Below are positions 48,901 through 58,800 of a stretch of DNA of 64,000 nucleotides, in pieces. The translations under genes and the position numbers were made by a program. Location: contig OZ218954.1 in NCBI GenBank assembly GCA_965112735.1, forward strand, positions 1,116,001 through 1,180,000, in the 5' to 3' direction. The DNA is from Phaeosaccion multiseriatum (Eukaryota; Protista; Ochrophyta, other classes). Every line of letters begins with the position of its first letter. Position 1 is the first letter of the stretch. The notes under the pieces were generated by a model. That model did not search any database. It worked only from the letters and a program-made list of their open reading frames with translations, and had not been told where the DNA came from.

Positions 48901-51900
48901 GGAGACCGGGAGGGAGAGGAGGTGGCGGGGGTGAAGGGGAAATCGGTGTAGAATAAGGTGGTGGTGGTGGTGGTGGTGGAGGAGGAGGAGCAGCAGCAGG
49001 AGGAGGAGGAGGAGGAGGAGAAGGAGGAGGAGGAGGAGGAGGAGCAGGAGGAGGAGGAGCAGGAGGAGGAGGAGGAGGAGGAGGAGGAGGAGGAGGAGGA
49101 GGAGGAGGAGGAGGAGGAGGAGGAGGAGGAGGAGGAGGAGGAGGAGGAGGAGCAGGAGGAGGAGGAGCGGGGATGAAGAAAGCGTCTCCCCCTCAAGCCG
49201 CACGCGGCCATTATGTGTTACCACCACGTCCAACCAAGTCCTCTTCAGAACACTGAGATTTCCTCACGCACCTTTGCTTCGCTCGCAGACGAAGCCAACC
49301 GCTTCAGGGAAGTCGCTGCAGGGAACATCGCTCCAGCCGGGCAGAAGGCCGCCCCCGAAGTAATACGAGCCGCAGAGCTGCGTGTCGCCAGAACTGTTCG
49401 GCTGGTCGGTCTTCCAGCCCCATCCATCCATGTCCGCCATAACGTCCGCCGTTGTCGTTCCGTCTGCCCACTTGAACGCTGTTGTGCTGCGGGTGGCGCC
49501 TGCTTCCCGCTCGAAGCTAACCCAGACATGGGCGTTGTTGATATCTGGGATGAGAGCCTTGACGAGTTCGTCTTCGGTCTTGTCGTTGACGGACACGAGG
49601 GCGGCCCCACTGGCCGCACATATAGACATCGCTTGGTCGCGAGTGACGCCCGGCTGAGGGATGAAAATGTGCTCTGAAATGCCATTGCCGGATGCGAAGG
49701 AGGCTTCTCATGCAGGCAACAGGAGGGAGAGTGCGGTCAAGGAAAGATGTAGCACAACCACGGAGAAGCAGGGGCAGTGAGGAGGCCGTACAGGGAAAGG
49801 AGGGCGGTGAGCAGCAGTGCGAGGGCGCGATAGTGGGCGGGTGGATACAACTTCAATAGAGCTAGCCTGCTTGAGGGCGACAGCAGGCCAGGCCAGGCCA
49901 GGTGAGGCAAGGAAGAAGGGGTGCTGATTAGCTGGCAGTCAGGTGAGATGAGATGAGGCTCTTGCCCGAGGAGGAAAAGCACGGGATGGGGGTTGCTTAT
50001 CGAGGCAGGCAGGGCGAGAGGCAGGAAGAGTCGATGACGGAGAGAAGAATGAGGAGGACGATGGCGTGGAGGAAGTCAGGTAGAACAGGGCGATGGGAGA
50101 TGTCAGAGAAGGGGGGGGGGGGGGACTTCAGGGCTAAGGATGCACGGCTCTTGAGCAAGCTCAGGCACGTGAAGCACAACGAAAACGACGGACACATCAA
50201 CGGCCTGGGTGGGGTCTTCCCCGCATGTGGCTGGAAGAGGCAAGGTGCTAGATAATGAACACAGCTTCCAGAATTCGTGCGCCATCACTCACTCACCACA
50301 TTCACCCGTCGAAGGGATGCATACCATCCCCTGTTGACACTGGCAGTCCTCGCAGGCTGGAGCAGACGAAGCGAGTGAGAGAGAGGATGGAGAGGAAGGG
50401 GGAGGCAAGAAGGTTGGCTGTGGCAAAACAACTTGAGCGATGAAGCGCATCGATGTCCGAGAGTGAGAGTGGGCGGCGGGTAACAACACACGGCACCACC
50501 ATGCCCCACATATGTTGGCCTTACATCAACAAGACACATCAGCCAACACCATTCGGACTGACCTGATGCACCTGTTGTGATAAGTATCGCCATTTGTGAC
50601 TGAGCACTATATCGACGTACAATATCGATGTGGATATCGATATTCATGTATGGCCACGGCCATCACTTCCTTGAACGCATCTCTCAGTAGGTATTATTAA
50701 TACACGAGTTGACACTACTCTAGCTTGTCCCTGTCATCGTAGAGGAGATATCGCAACACGACAGCTGTCGCGACACTTCACAGCTAGCTGGTTCTACGTA
50801 GTCGGCGACGGCACACAGGCGAGTTTTGGTCGGATAACTCAAGTGAGAGAGAAGGAGTCCTTTCGTTAGCCATGCCAGGCGCGGAAGAAGAAGGCGTTGA
50901 AAAGGCGGACGCAGCGGCGCCCGTCAGTGCGAGTTCCGCGATAGAAGGAGACGCACAGCAGCAGATGGCTGAAATGATGGAAAAGATGATAGCGGCAGCG
51001 TTGGCCAAACACATCACACAGCAAGGAGTGCCCACGGCAGCGGCCGCAGCACCAGTCACTATCTCCTCAGTCGGAGGAACAGTGACCCCCAGCGGGGGGG
51101 GGAGTACAGCACAGCAGCTGCTAGAACTCACGTTCAAGCCGAAGAACAATGAGTTTGACAAGAAGTTGGAATCGGAGGGAGTGATGCCTCTCTTGCGATT
51201 TATGCGAGCGGTCACGGATCACATAGGGGGGATGGGGGCAAAGGCATTCTTGGTGGATAGTGATAAGATCCCCAACGCAGACGACGCCTCCCGGGACTCT
51301 AAGTATGCCCTGACGTTCAGTCTGTACCAACAGACGGGCCTCAAGATTTTGGAGGCCATTCCCTCGGACATGAGGGATGCCATAGAAGAACGCACTCGCA
51401 CAGCGCGGTTCCAAGTGGACCTGGTACTATTGATGCAGGCAATCAAGGAGGCAGTGATGGGGAGCACGCAGTCACAGCGACAAGAGTTTCTCACCTCCGA
51501 GATGCACGATCTGAGGCCAGGGGTGGGGGAGACGGGACTTGCCTACCTCAACAAGTTTCTCCAACTCAACGTGTTGATGACGGAGGAGCAGCTTCCTATG
51601 TCCTACTCCATCATCAAGGACAAGTTCCTCAGGCGTATGGGGCAGAGATGGGAGTCGTTCGGCCAAGTGCACGGTCATTCGGTAGAGACAGAGGACGAGT
51701 TTAATCGGTTCAAACAGCAAGTGCAGCGGTTTGACAGTGACCTCCAAGCGCAAGCGAGGGAGGCGGGAGAGGACCTTGAGCGGGGCCTTTTCCACATTTA
51801 CCAGCAAAGGCAGAAGACACAGCAACCAGCAGGGGGGGGTAGACAGACCACCACAGGGGCAGGAGAGAAAGATCGGTCCAACACACGCTGCTACAGGTGT

Positions 51901-54900
51901 GGGAGAAAGGGGCACATGCGGACGACGTGTCCGTCCAAGGAGGAGCTGTGTTTCAACTGCCACAAGCCGGGGCACCAGCGTGCAGACTGCCCAAACAGCA
52001 GGAAGAAGAAAGATGGCGAGCATGTGGAAGGCTCCACCAGCGCCATTTTCAGCATTCCGTGGACGCTACAGGAGAGGGGGAGCGGCCATTCTCTCTACCA
52101 TATGTCCAAGCTGAAGTCGGGGGCGGATGGCACACGGCAGGGGCTCGCAGACAGCGGATCGGCGCTCAATGTGTGGCCCAACTTGGATGGACTGTACGAT
52201 TTCTGCGCTCATCAGAGTTTAGTGCAACTCGCAGACGGCAAGTCGCACGCGCAGATAATGGGCAAAGGGAAGGTGAACATCAGCTACGTCTCCAACGACG
52301 GCAAAAGAGGACTGAAGGGGCTGGAGGTAGTGGTGTCGCCAGACGTACCTTTCTGCATTTTTGCAGAGAAGAACCTCTCAGACCTACTGGGGGGAGCGCA
52401 AGGCCAGCGGGGAAGCCAGTCTATTTCGGCCCCTCAGCAGACGCACCAGAGACGGTGCACACGACGCAGGACCCAGAGCTGGGGCTTGACATGCTACAAT
52501 TCAAGATCGAGGAGGCCACGGAGCAGTGGAGTGATTACATGACTTACCACTGCAAGAAGGGCCACCGCAACGATCAAGAACTACGGCGACAGGCCAAGCT
52601 GGAGGGCGTGACACTGTGCGGGAAGAGGGCGCCGTGCAAGACTTGCGCAGAGGTGAAGATGACGAAGGCAGCTCAGAGTAAGCAGTTCATCGACTACCCC
52701 AAGGCACCGCTGGCACAGGTAACGCTCGACACCATTCCTCTCGAAGGAGAGCACGTGTTGCAGGCGTGCTGCCCGCACACGGGTATGGGCTGGTGCAGGA
52801 AGGTGGGGGGAAAGACGGAGGCGCACTTCCAGAGCGTGTATGACGACCTCAACACCACAGTATTCATTCCAGGGGAGAGGACAGCGGGGTACAAGGTGCA
52901 GTGTCTGTCAGCAGACAACGGATCGGAGCTCATCAAGACGAAGGCAGCGAAGAAGATGCTCTACTCCCAGGGCATTGAGGTCAAGCTGACGGACCCCAAT
53001 TGTCAAGCGCAGAACGGACTGAACGAGGCTCGACACAAGGAGCTGGCGCGAATGTCTATTCTTTTCATTGAGGAGGCGAAGCTGGAGGAGCACTCGAAGC
53101 AGCTGAGGTTCGTAGCGTACAAGTTGGCGCAGCTTCTCTACAACACCAGGTGCAGGAGGGGGCAGCAGCAGTCCCCCTACGAGCTGTATTTCAAGCGCAA
53201 GCCTGACCTACAGCACCTACACATCTTCGGAGAGCAGGCGAAGGTGCGGGTGGGCAACAAGAAGCACAAGCAGTGGCACAACGACAAGACGCACTCGGCA
53301 GTGTACGTGGGACAGAGCCCCAACCACAGATCAGCCTGTCTCCTTTTCTACATCCCTTCACAGAAGCGGTTCATCTCCAGCTCGTCCTACACATTCGTGA
53401 CGAACCGCAGACACGACGGCACGGTGTTCGGGAGTCACGTGGAGAAGGGGAAGCTACCAGAGACAGCGGAGAAGGAGGATGACAGCGAGGACGAGGACCA
53501 GCCCTCGAGCAGCGGGAGCAGCAGCAGGAGCAGCAGCGGGAGCAGCAGCAGGAGCAGCAGCAGGAGCAGCAGCGGGAGCAGCAGCAGGAGCAGCAGCAGG
53601 AGCAGCAGCAGTAGCGCGAGCGGGGGAGGTGGGGGCGGGACCAAGAGTGGAACCGTCACATGGAACACGAGATTAGAGGAGGCACAGCCAGCCCCACAGC
53701 AGCAACAGACATCACGCTGGGAACAGGTTCTCACCCGAGAGTTCGTGGAGAAGTTACAACTCGAAGGAGAAGGCCTGGAGCGACGTCAGCACGCCGAGCG
53801 GCAACAGAGGGAGCAGACGGCAAAGCAGCAACAGAGAGAGCAGCAGAAACAGCAAGTAGAGCAGCAAGAGCAGCAGCAGCAGCAGGCAGAGCAGCAACAG
53901 GCAGAGCAGCAGCAGGAAGAGCCAACGCAGCAGGCTGAGCCGCCAGAGAGAGGCAAACTCTGGACATACGAGGTGGCCAAAGATGGCGACAAGGGAGCCA
54001 AGGAGCACGACTGGGGCCACGATCCCAGCCTGGGCCGCACGCGTAGCGGCAAGCACTGACATGCTGTCTCCTCCATACTAGGCCCACTCTTTCTGATGCC
54101 AGGCCTAAAGGAGAGCGAGGTACCGATACCGCGGTCTCTGGCCCAGGCTCAAGCAGGAGAGTACGCGGAGCAATGGACGGAGGCGTACTGGGCAGAGCTC
54201 AACGCGATCGAGCAACGCCAGGTATGGGAGGAGGTTGATTATCAAGAGGGGATGAATGTGCTGCATACAGTCATGCTATTCAGAGCAAAGGTGACTGGGG
54301 GACTTGTGGATAGGCTCAAGTGTCGATTTGTCGTGATGGGGAACGAGCAGATCGAGGGGGAGGATTACTTTGATACCTTTGCACCAGTGGTGGGGAGCTC
54401 GACGATGAAGATGTTCTTTGCTATCACGTGCCAGAAGAAGTGGGTATTGGAGTTTGCAGATGTGGAGACGGCTTTCCTGCATGCACCTCTGCATGAGGGG
54501 GAGTACGTGTACATTAGAGCACCAGAGGGCATGAGAAAGTTCGGGAAGGTGCTGAGGCTGTTGAAGAGTCTGTACGGTCTTCATCAGTCTCCCAAGAGGT
54601 GGAACGAGACAGTGGTGGCATTTCTACTCGCAATGGGGTGGGTACAGTGCCCAGTGGATCCGTGTCTGTTCGCCAGGTTCGAGGAGGGGGAGCTAATAGG
54701 GCTCATCATTCTATATGTAGACGACCTAGGAGGGTCAGGGGAGGGAAATCTCATTGACTGCACTTTCAAGGAGATTGACGAGCGTTTCAAGTTGAAGCGT
54801 TTGGGGTCGAATGTGGGGAAATTTCTGGGAGTTGAAGTTGACTACGCATTCGAGGCGGGACAGCTCAGGCTTTCGCTAGGAGGGTATCTTAGAGCGATGC

Positions 54901-56475
54901 TTGAGAAGTTCGACATGACGGAGGTACCTGTGTACGGCTCACCAGCAGAGCAGGGGGTACATTTGTCAGTGGGTATGGAGCCAAGCACCACAGAGGAGGA
55001 GGAATTCATGCAGGACAAACCATACTGCTCAGCGGTAGGGTCAATCCTATGGGTTGCCAACTGGGTGAGGCTTGATGTATCCTTCGCCATCATGCAGTGT
55101 GCTCGTTTTATGAAGAGGCCGGGGCCTCGACACTGGGCAGCATTGCAGCGCATTTTCGGGTACTTTAGAGGTAGTTTAGACTTGGGAATTGAGTTTGATC
55201 GAGAGGCGGGGCTTCATCTGGAGGCATACGCAGACTCGAGCTGGGCAGATGACGTCGACAGGCGCAGGAGCTCAGGGGGATACGTCGTGACATTCGGCGG
55301 GGGAGTGATTGCTCACAAGGCAACACTATTTAAGGTCATAGCACAGTGCTCTATGGAGAGTGAGTACATGGCCGCAGCGGAAGCAGTGAAGGAGTTGCTG
55401 TTTCACAGAGGGATTCTGGAGTTTCTGTTTCCAGGAGCCAACATGACGGAGTCGATTGTGCACGAGGACAATCAAGGGTGCATTCAGATGGCAAATGGCA
55501 ACGCGGGCACCAAGCGCGTACGTCACATCGACATTCGTTATCATTTCCTGCAGTACCACGTGGACAAGGGACACGTTCGGTTTCAGTACATCAGCACAAA
55601 GGACCAGCTTGGGGACATCATGACCAAGGCATTGGCACCTCAGGTACACAGCGGTCTGGCGGGGCAGATGCTCAAGAAGGGAGACAGGAAAGGGGGGGAC
55701 TAGTTTTAGTTCAGTAGTTTTAGTATGAGGTTTTCAGGACTTTGTCTCGGGGGGGTTTTAGGACAAGTCAGGTGTTTCCTCATTGTGTTTGTGGTAGAGT
55801 GTCAGCTATCAAGAGAGATAGTGATTCAGTCATAGGAGGGTGTTGTGATAAGTATCGCCATTTGTGACTGAGCACTATATCGACGTACAATATCGATGTG
55901 GATATCGATATTCATGTATGGCCACGGCCATCACTTCCTTGAACGCATCTCTCAGTAGGTATTATTAATACACGAGTTGACACTACTCTAGCTTGTCCCT
56001 GTCATCGTAGAGGAGATATCGCAACAGCACCTTCTTCGTTGTTGTATGTACCCAGTGGGCAGTCTGTGCAAGAAGCTGAAGAGCGCGTGACGAGAGGAAG
56101 AGAAAGTGGGAAGAGAGAAGATGAGGCAAAAAAGCAGGTTGCATAGACACCCTCACCCTCGCCTTCGCTCCACATGCAGCTCCAGTCGCTCATTCAGAGC
56201 TTCGCTACAACCCCCCGGCCTTGCTAAGCTACCTAGCCTCCCTCCCGGCCGGCCGTGGGCTGCAGTCGCTGCCTACTGGACGGCGCGCAGCGGATCACGG
56301 CCGCACCACGCCCCACGCAGCAGCAGCCCCTTTGGAACTTACAGGAAAGGCCTGCTGGTGCTGGTTCCTGGCCCGGTGGACATGCGAGAGCTGCGGGTGG
56401 TGTTGCTATTAGGAGGCACAGCACCAGACTGAGGGCCCACCTCCCGAAGCCGCTCTGCTTCGCGGGGGAGAGCAT
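20718..56475 (-). CDS. Giant secreted mosaic lectin/adhesin-like protein (many exons; exon 2 interrupted by Copia)
   Basis: Exon 1 (56475-56343) encodes the signal peptide MLSPAKQSGFGRWALSLVLCLLIATPPAALA-CPPGQE. It is followed by CTDCPLGTYNNEEGAS, an EGF-like CEDCQCQQGMVCIPSTGEC exon, 2 CTLD exons, 3 F-type lectin exons, TSP3 exons, Cys mini-exon arrays, a PPC-like exon, and exons 21999-21833 plus 21500-20718 ending at the stop. All exons are on the - strand, and only one signal peptide and one terminal exon were found. Treating them as a single transcript is an inference. Confidence 0.65.
22368..22842 (-). CDS. PPC-like / beta-sandwich domain exon
   Basis: VTYRFTAPPLGGTLTADTCGDDNTDVDTQIAVFS...LSCV...C...KV...GLEYAVRV matches the WY.FT..G.LT.DTC...DT.LAVY..L.C....G..Y.IRV module. 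An RRLQ dibasic motif follows. Confidence 0.6.
22900..23620. repeat. Intronic (GAG)n/(CTC)n polypurine tract
   Basis: Lies between the GTGAGT donor at ~23623 and the acceptor at ~22843. Similar tracts occur at 47533-47625 and 48975-49168. Confidence 0.85.
23624..28848 (-). CDS. Thrombospondin type-3 (Ca-binding) repeat exons, block A
   Basis: Small exons encode DFDQDGIPDDFD, CPQIANPLQ..NACQ, DTDGDGIVDVED, CPLVYNPVQ..NTCQ, DTDGDGIPNNRD and CPFTANENQDDIDGDGVGDAC, fitting the DxDxDGxxDxxDNCP..N..Q consensus. Confidence 0.85.
24858..26160 (-). repeat. Tandem intron+mini-exon array A (Cys-rich 19-20 aa repeat)
   Basis: Units of ~240 bp. Phase-0 exons: 25835-25891 FARFEDDSTADCSGESSCQ, 25604-25660 QADFNHDSTATCSGKESCR, 25346-25405 GADFYGDSTATCSGAESSCL. 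One decayed unit at ~25100-25150 and a terminal NTDFHGNSAAMCTAQTACGNLE exon. Confidence 0.85.
26617..27313. mobile_element. Non-autonomous element built from 89-bp hairpin terminal repeats and a ~165-bp internal segment in tandem and inverted arrangement
   Basis: Hairpins TGTTAGAAG...CTTCTAACA at 26617-26705 and 27037-27125, with partial copies at ~26820-26867 and 27291-27312. AGCC flanks both ends (26613-16, 27314-17). The empty site CACAGCCATACAG is present in the paralog at ~42145. Confidence 0.85.
30288..36067 (+). mobile_element. Ty3/Gypsy chromodomain LTR retrotransposon, full length, recent
   Basis: 236-bp LTRs at 30288-30523 and 35832-36067 (TGTGCTA...TAGCACA, one mismatch seen). 4-bp TSD GTGA. 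Empty site in the paralog at ~44515. Domain order gag-PR-RT-RH-IN-chromo. Confidence 0.97.
30650..35764 (+). CDS. Gypsy gag-pol polyprotein (two frame disruptions, at ~31418 and ~32983)
   Basis: Zn knuckle CLSCGLAHTLRKC; protease WDSG; RT EIDGKDFFWQ, RVPQG, YIDN; RNase H FADASD..KEA..CDHRNL..ADPLSR; integrase H..GH..CIHC, FDY, SDRGSHF, GLGER; GPY/F-like WHGPCRV; chromodomain FLIVKWRGFDAVENSEEP; terminal NLS-like PKRKRTRKKR. Confidence 0.93.
37132..37532 (-). CDS. F-type lectin (fucolectin/F5-8 type C-like) domain exon, copy 3 in gene order
   Basis: LNLAEVECY...NCDDG..FCRS...VTNRVDHCCKDRING. The conserved His is replaced by Arg. Confidence 0.78.
38250..42995 (-). CDS. Thrombospondin type-3 repeat exons, block B
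   Basis: DTDGDGIVDPED, CPYEPNPTQ, DTDGDGVFDPWD, CPDTANSNQQDSNNNGVGDAC. Confidence 0.82.
39300..41692 (-). repeat. Tandem intron+mini-exon array B (57-nt phase-0 exons)
   Basis: 41367-41423 FAIFDGDSRADCSGAQSCL; 41119-41175 EAKFYGDSTATCTGFGSCA; 40872-40928 DAKFYGDSTATCSGGNSCY; ~40577-40670 NADFNHDSAATCLGEESCAQTFSVNCFSRCG; 40296-40352 GAKFYGDSTADCSGQWSCS; 40051-40107 SADFHHDSTATCSGEESCA; 39807-39863 EADFYHDSTATCTGFLSCG; a decayed unit at ~39540-39600; terminal SADFNGNSAANCTASSACSSLE. Confidence 0.9.
45595..46001 (-). CDS. F-type lectin domain exon, copy 2
   Basis: NFCHS...VTNRLDCCKDRING contains the H..RxDx4R fucose-binding motif with vicinal Cys. Confidence 0.82.
46508..46920 (-). CDS. F-type lectin domain exon, copy 1
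   Basis: ILNLAEVACY...TFCHSDG...VTNRRDCSTCKARINNA. Confidence 0.8.
47730..48174 (-). CDS. C-type lectin domain exon, copy 2
   Basis: ATARCELNGAALVSVNDQTEDDYV...VWVS...FTWAEGT...WKTDQPN...CG...WSDVPCS...GFVCE shows the canonical CTLD Cys/Trp framework. Confidence 0.9.
48267..48609. mobile_element. 343-bp non-autonomous element with two palindromic terminal repeats (TRIM-like)
   Basis: Hairpins at 48267-48380 (with an 18-bp internal duplication) and 48514-48609 (48-bp arms, centre GCGC), separated by a 133-bp core. 4-bp TSD ACGC (48263-66, 48610-13). Confidence 0.88.
49272..49712 (-). CDS. C-type lectin domain exon, copy 1
   Basis: AMSICAASGAALVSVNDKTEDELV..VWVS..FKWADGT..DQPN..WSDVPCS..FVCE. 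Tandem duplicate of 47730-48174, including the downstream intron. Confidence 0.88.
50872..54059 (+). CDS. Copia gag-protease-integrase (frame change at ~52390-52430)
   Basis: Two CCHC knuckles, CYRCGRKGHMRTTC and CFNCHKPGHQRADC; protease ADSGS; pre-integrase HCKKGH..CKTC; DDE core TLDT / ADNGSE / NGLNE. Confidence 0.9.
54060..55703 (+). CDS. Copia reverse transcriptase-RNase H
   Basis: KCRFVVMG, DYFDTFAPV, DVETAFL, LLKSLYGLHQSP, LYVDDL; RNase H YADSSWA, ESEY, HEDNQG, HIDIRYHF, DIMTKAL. In frame with the upstream ORF across one TGA. Confidence 0.95.
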   Translation, partial: HAVSSILGPLFLMPGLKESEVPIPRSLAQAQAGEYAEQWTEAYWAELNAIEQRQVWEEVDYQEGMNVLHTVMLFRAKVTGGLVDRLKCRFVVMGNEQIEGEDYFDTFAPVVGSSTMKMFFAITCQKKWVLEFADVETAFLHAPLHEGEYVYIRAPEGMRKFGKVLRLLKSLYGLHQSPKRWNETVVAFLLAMGWVQCPVDPCLFARFEEGELIGLIILYVDDLGGSGEGNLIDCTFKEIDERFKLKRLGSNVGKFLGVEVDYAFEAGQLRLSLGGYLRAMLEKFDMTEVPVYGSPAEQGVHLSVGMEPSTTEEEEFMQDKPYCSAVGSILWVANWVRLDVSFAIMQCARFMKRPGPRHWAALQRIFGYFRGSLDLGIEFDREAGLHLEAYADSSWADDVDRRRSSGGYVVTFGGGVIAHKATLFKVIAQCSMESEYMAAAEAVKELLFHRGILEFLFPGANMTESIVHEDNQGCIQMANGNAGTKRVRHIDIRYHFLQYHVDKGHVRFQYISTKDQLGDIMTKALAPQVHSGLAGQMLKKGDRKGGD

Positions 56476-58800
56476 GGCTGTAGTCTCGCAGACTCTCCAA
56501 ATGCCCGGCCGCTGCGACGAAAGGCAGGCAAGCAAGAAACAATTAAGGCTCCGCAATCTCGACTGAATCAAGCAGAAGCCTGCAGAGCAGTGAATTCGCA
56601 CAGCAGACAGGAGGTTGCGGCGAGACGAAGCAGCCATAAAATGTGCGAGGAGGAGAGGATGCAGTCCAATCTCAATCGGAGAAGAAAACGTTCCGTCGAT
56701 TCGGATGCTCTAGTAATTGGGCAGTTCTTCTCATCCCCCTCTTCTTCCTCACCACACCGCCCGCCCGTGCCTCTCCCGGTTTGCCCGCCGCTCCTCACAC
56801 GATTTACCTGTTGCGTGGTGTTTCTACCTTCGCTCTCCTGTCGCCAATGTGGCAGGAAAGTGCCTGCATACAGGGATGGATGTTGGATGTACGCGCCCCC
56901 CTGGGCCCCCGCACATTACCCCGAAAAATTGAATTTTTTTAACACTCGATTCACTCGATTTGCGTTAATAGAATCGTCCAAATGGTGGGGCGGCAAGGGG
57001 GCAAGGGGGAGTGCTCTTGCGGAAATGCTGACAAGGGAAGGGGGAAAGCGAAGAATGCCGAAAGACTATGTGTCGGTAGGCACATATCTCAAAGAGCTGC
57101 GATAAAAGATAAAAGCCGATGGCATCTTATACACGAAAAGCTTTGTGTGTGTATCGATTTAAAAACCCTCTCGGGGGTTTCATGGTTTTGTGGCCGAGGC
57201 CCGAAAATGGCTTTAAACTTTAAAACGTCTGAAAAGAGAAAACCGTCGCTGAGGCCCTTCTCATCCCTCGCCATCTCCTCTCTTGGTAGTCTTGATACTG
57301 CAGTGTGTAATTGGGGGGTGACGCAGAGGCTAAACTAGGCTTCGCAGTGGAGCACGACGGAATTGCATGGGTCATCCAAGTACTACTTGCTTGGGTGGTA
57401 GGGACGTCTGGCCGCCGACTGAGGGTCAGGGGTGGTGGAGTCGAGTGGGATGGTGTTAGCGAGCTGTGAGTCGCGGAGGGAGGGTCTCATTCTCTCGCTG
57501 AGACGCGAGAAGCTTCTGGCTTCGTAACGGCTTCGGAAGGTGGTGGTAGCAGGCGTTGGGGCTAAGCTATTGGCCGGCTTTCGCCACTTCGGCCGATGCC
57601 GTTGGGGGGTGCTGTGGCGTCTGGGGGTGGTCCTGTGGCTGCTCGTCCCACTCGTGTACAAGCGGTCAAGCACGCTTGCTGTCAGTCGAGCAGAAGAAGC
57701 ACAAAAAAGAGTGAGGGTGGCCGTACCGCATCTCTTGCGGAAAGAATGCACTCGAGGGCGCTGCTGCCGCCGCGGTAGCCGAGCAGCGCGTAGGCGGGGA
57801 CGACGGCAGCGAGGATAGAATGTTGGGTGGTGGCTTTGGTGCGGGAAGACGATCTACTGCGGCTGAACGAAGAAGCAAGGGAGGCCAAGTCAACTGGGAG
57901 CAGTGGCTGGGACGTGCAATAGCCAGACAAGGTGGAGGTGGTGATGGAACAGGACTTCAGAGGCACGACGCTGGACGAGACCGTGCGGAGGTCCGCGGAG
58001 TACATGGCCATGGGGATGGAGAGGCTGCTTTGGTCTGAGTAACTCGATCTGACGGAGGGGAAGTGTCTGTGTGTCCTCCAGAAGGACCTGCCTGGCCCTG
58101 CAGGCTCAGAGCCTTCATGAAAAGGTTGTCAATACACAGGATACTGCAAAGGGGCGGGCGCGCAAGGTCGTATTCCATCCTCCGTCACAGCGTGACGGAG
58201 ACACAGCTAGAAGAAGGTATAAACATGAAGGAAAAGGTAGCTGTTTGTGAGCAGCTATGGAGCCTCCACTGTACTCCTCTCTCAATTCCTTCGTCTCTCC
58301 CTCTCCTATTATCTTTCTTCGATTGTGAGTCCACTTGTTGTTAGACTGAAACCCCCTGCTGGCTTGCAGCACGTCGCTCGTGCATGCATGGCCTGGCTGC
58401 CTGTGCGCTGTTGCCTAGACCTGTCTGCCTTATACTATGACCTGACCCATGCACTGCCTGCCCCTGGCTGCTGTGCCCAACACCGCCGCCACCACCGCAG
58501 GCCAAGCAACAACAAACGGAGGCCCGGCCGGTGGGACGGAGCGAGGCCCGGTGTTTGACACCCTCCTTCCTCCCTCCACTCATCACGACATCGACGGACG
58601 CTCGTATCCGCCCCCCCCCCGGCCACACACAACAGATCCATACGCACACTAAATTAAAATTCAAACTCCTCCCTCGAATCCTCTTCTCCCATCGGTATCA
58701 GTCTTACTGATATTAATGTTTCTTCGACTTCTGCATCGTTCGTCTTGGACGAGAACAAGAAAGCTTCTTGTTCTTCCTCCTCCTCCTTACTATCCTCTTC

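Larger units (their letters stand above)
50573..56026 (+). mobile_element. Ty1/Copia LTR retrotransposon, full length, very recent
   Basis: 186-bp LTRs at 50573-50758 and 55841-56026 (TGTT...AACA, no difference seen). 5-bp TSD GCACC. PPT AGGAGGG before the 3' LTR. Domain order gag-PR-IN-RT-RH. Confidence 0.97.
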
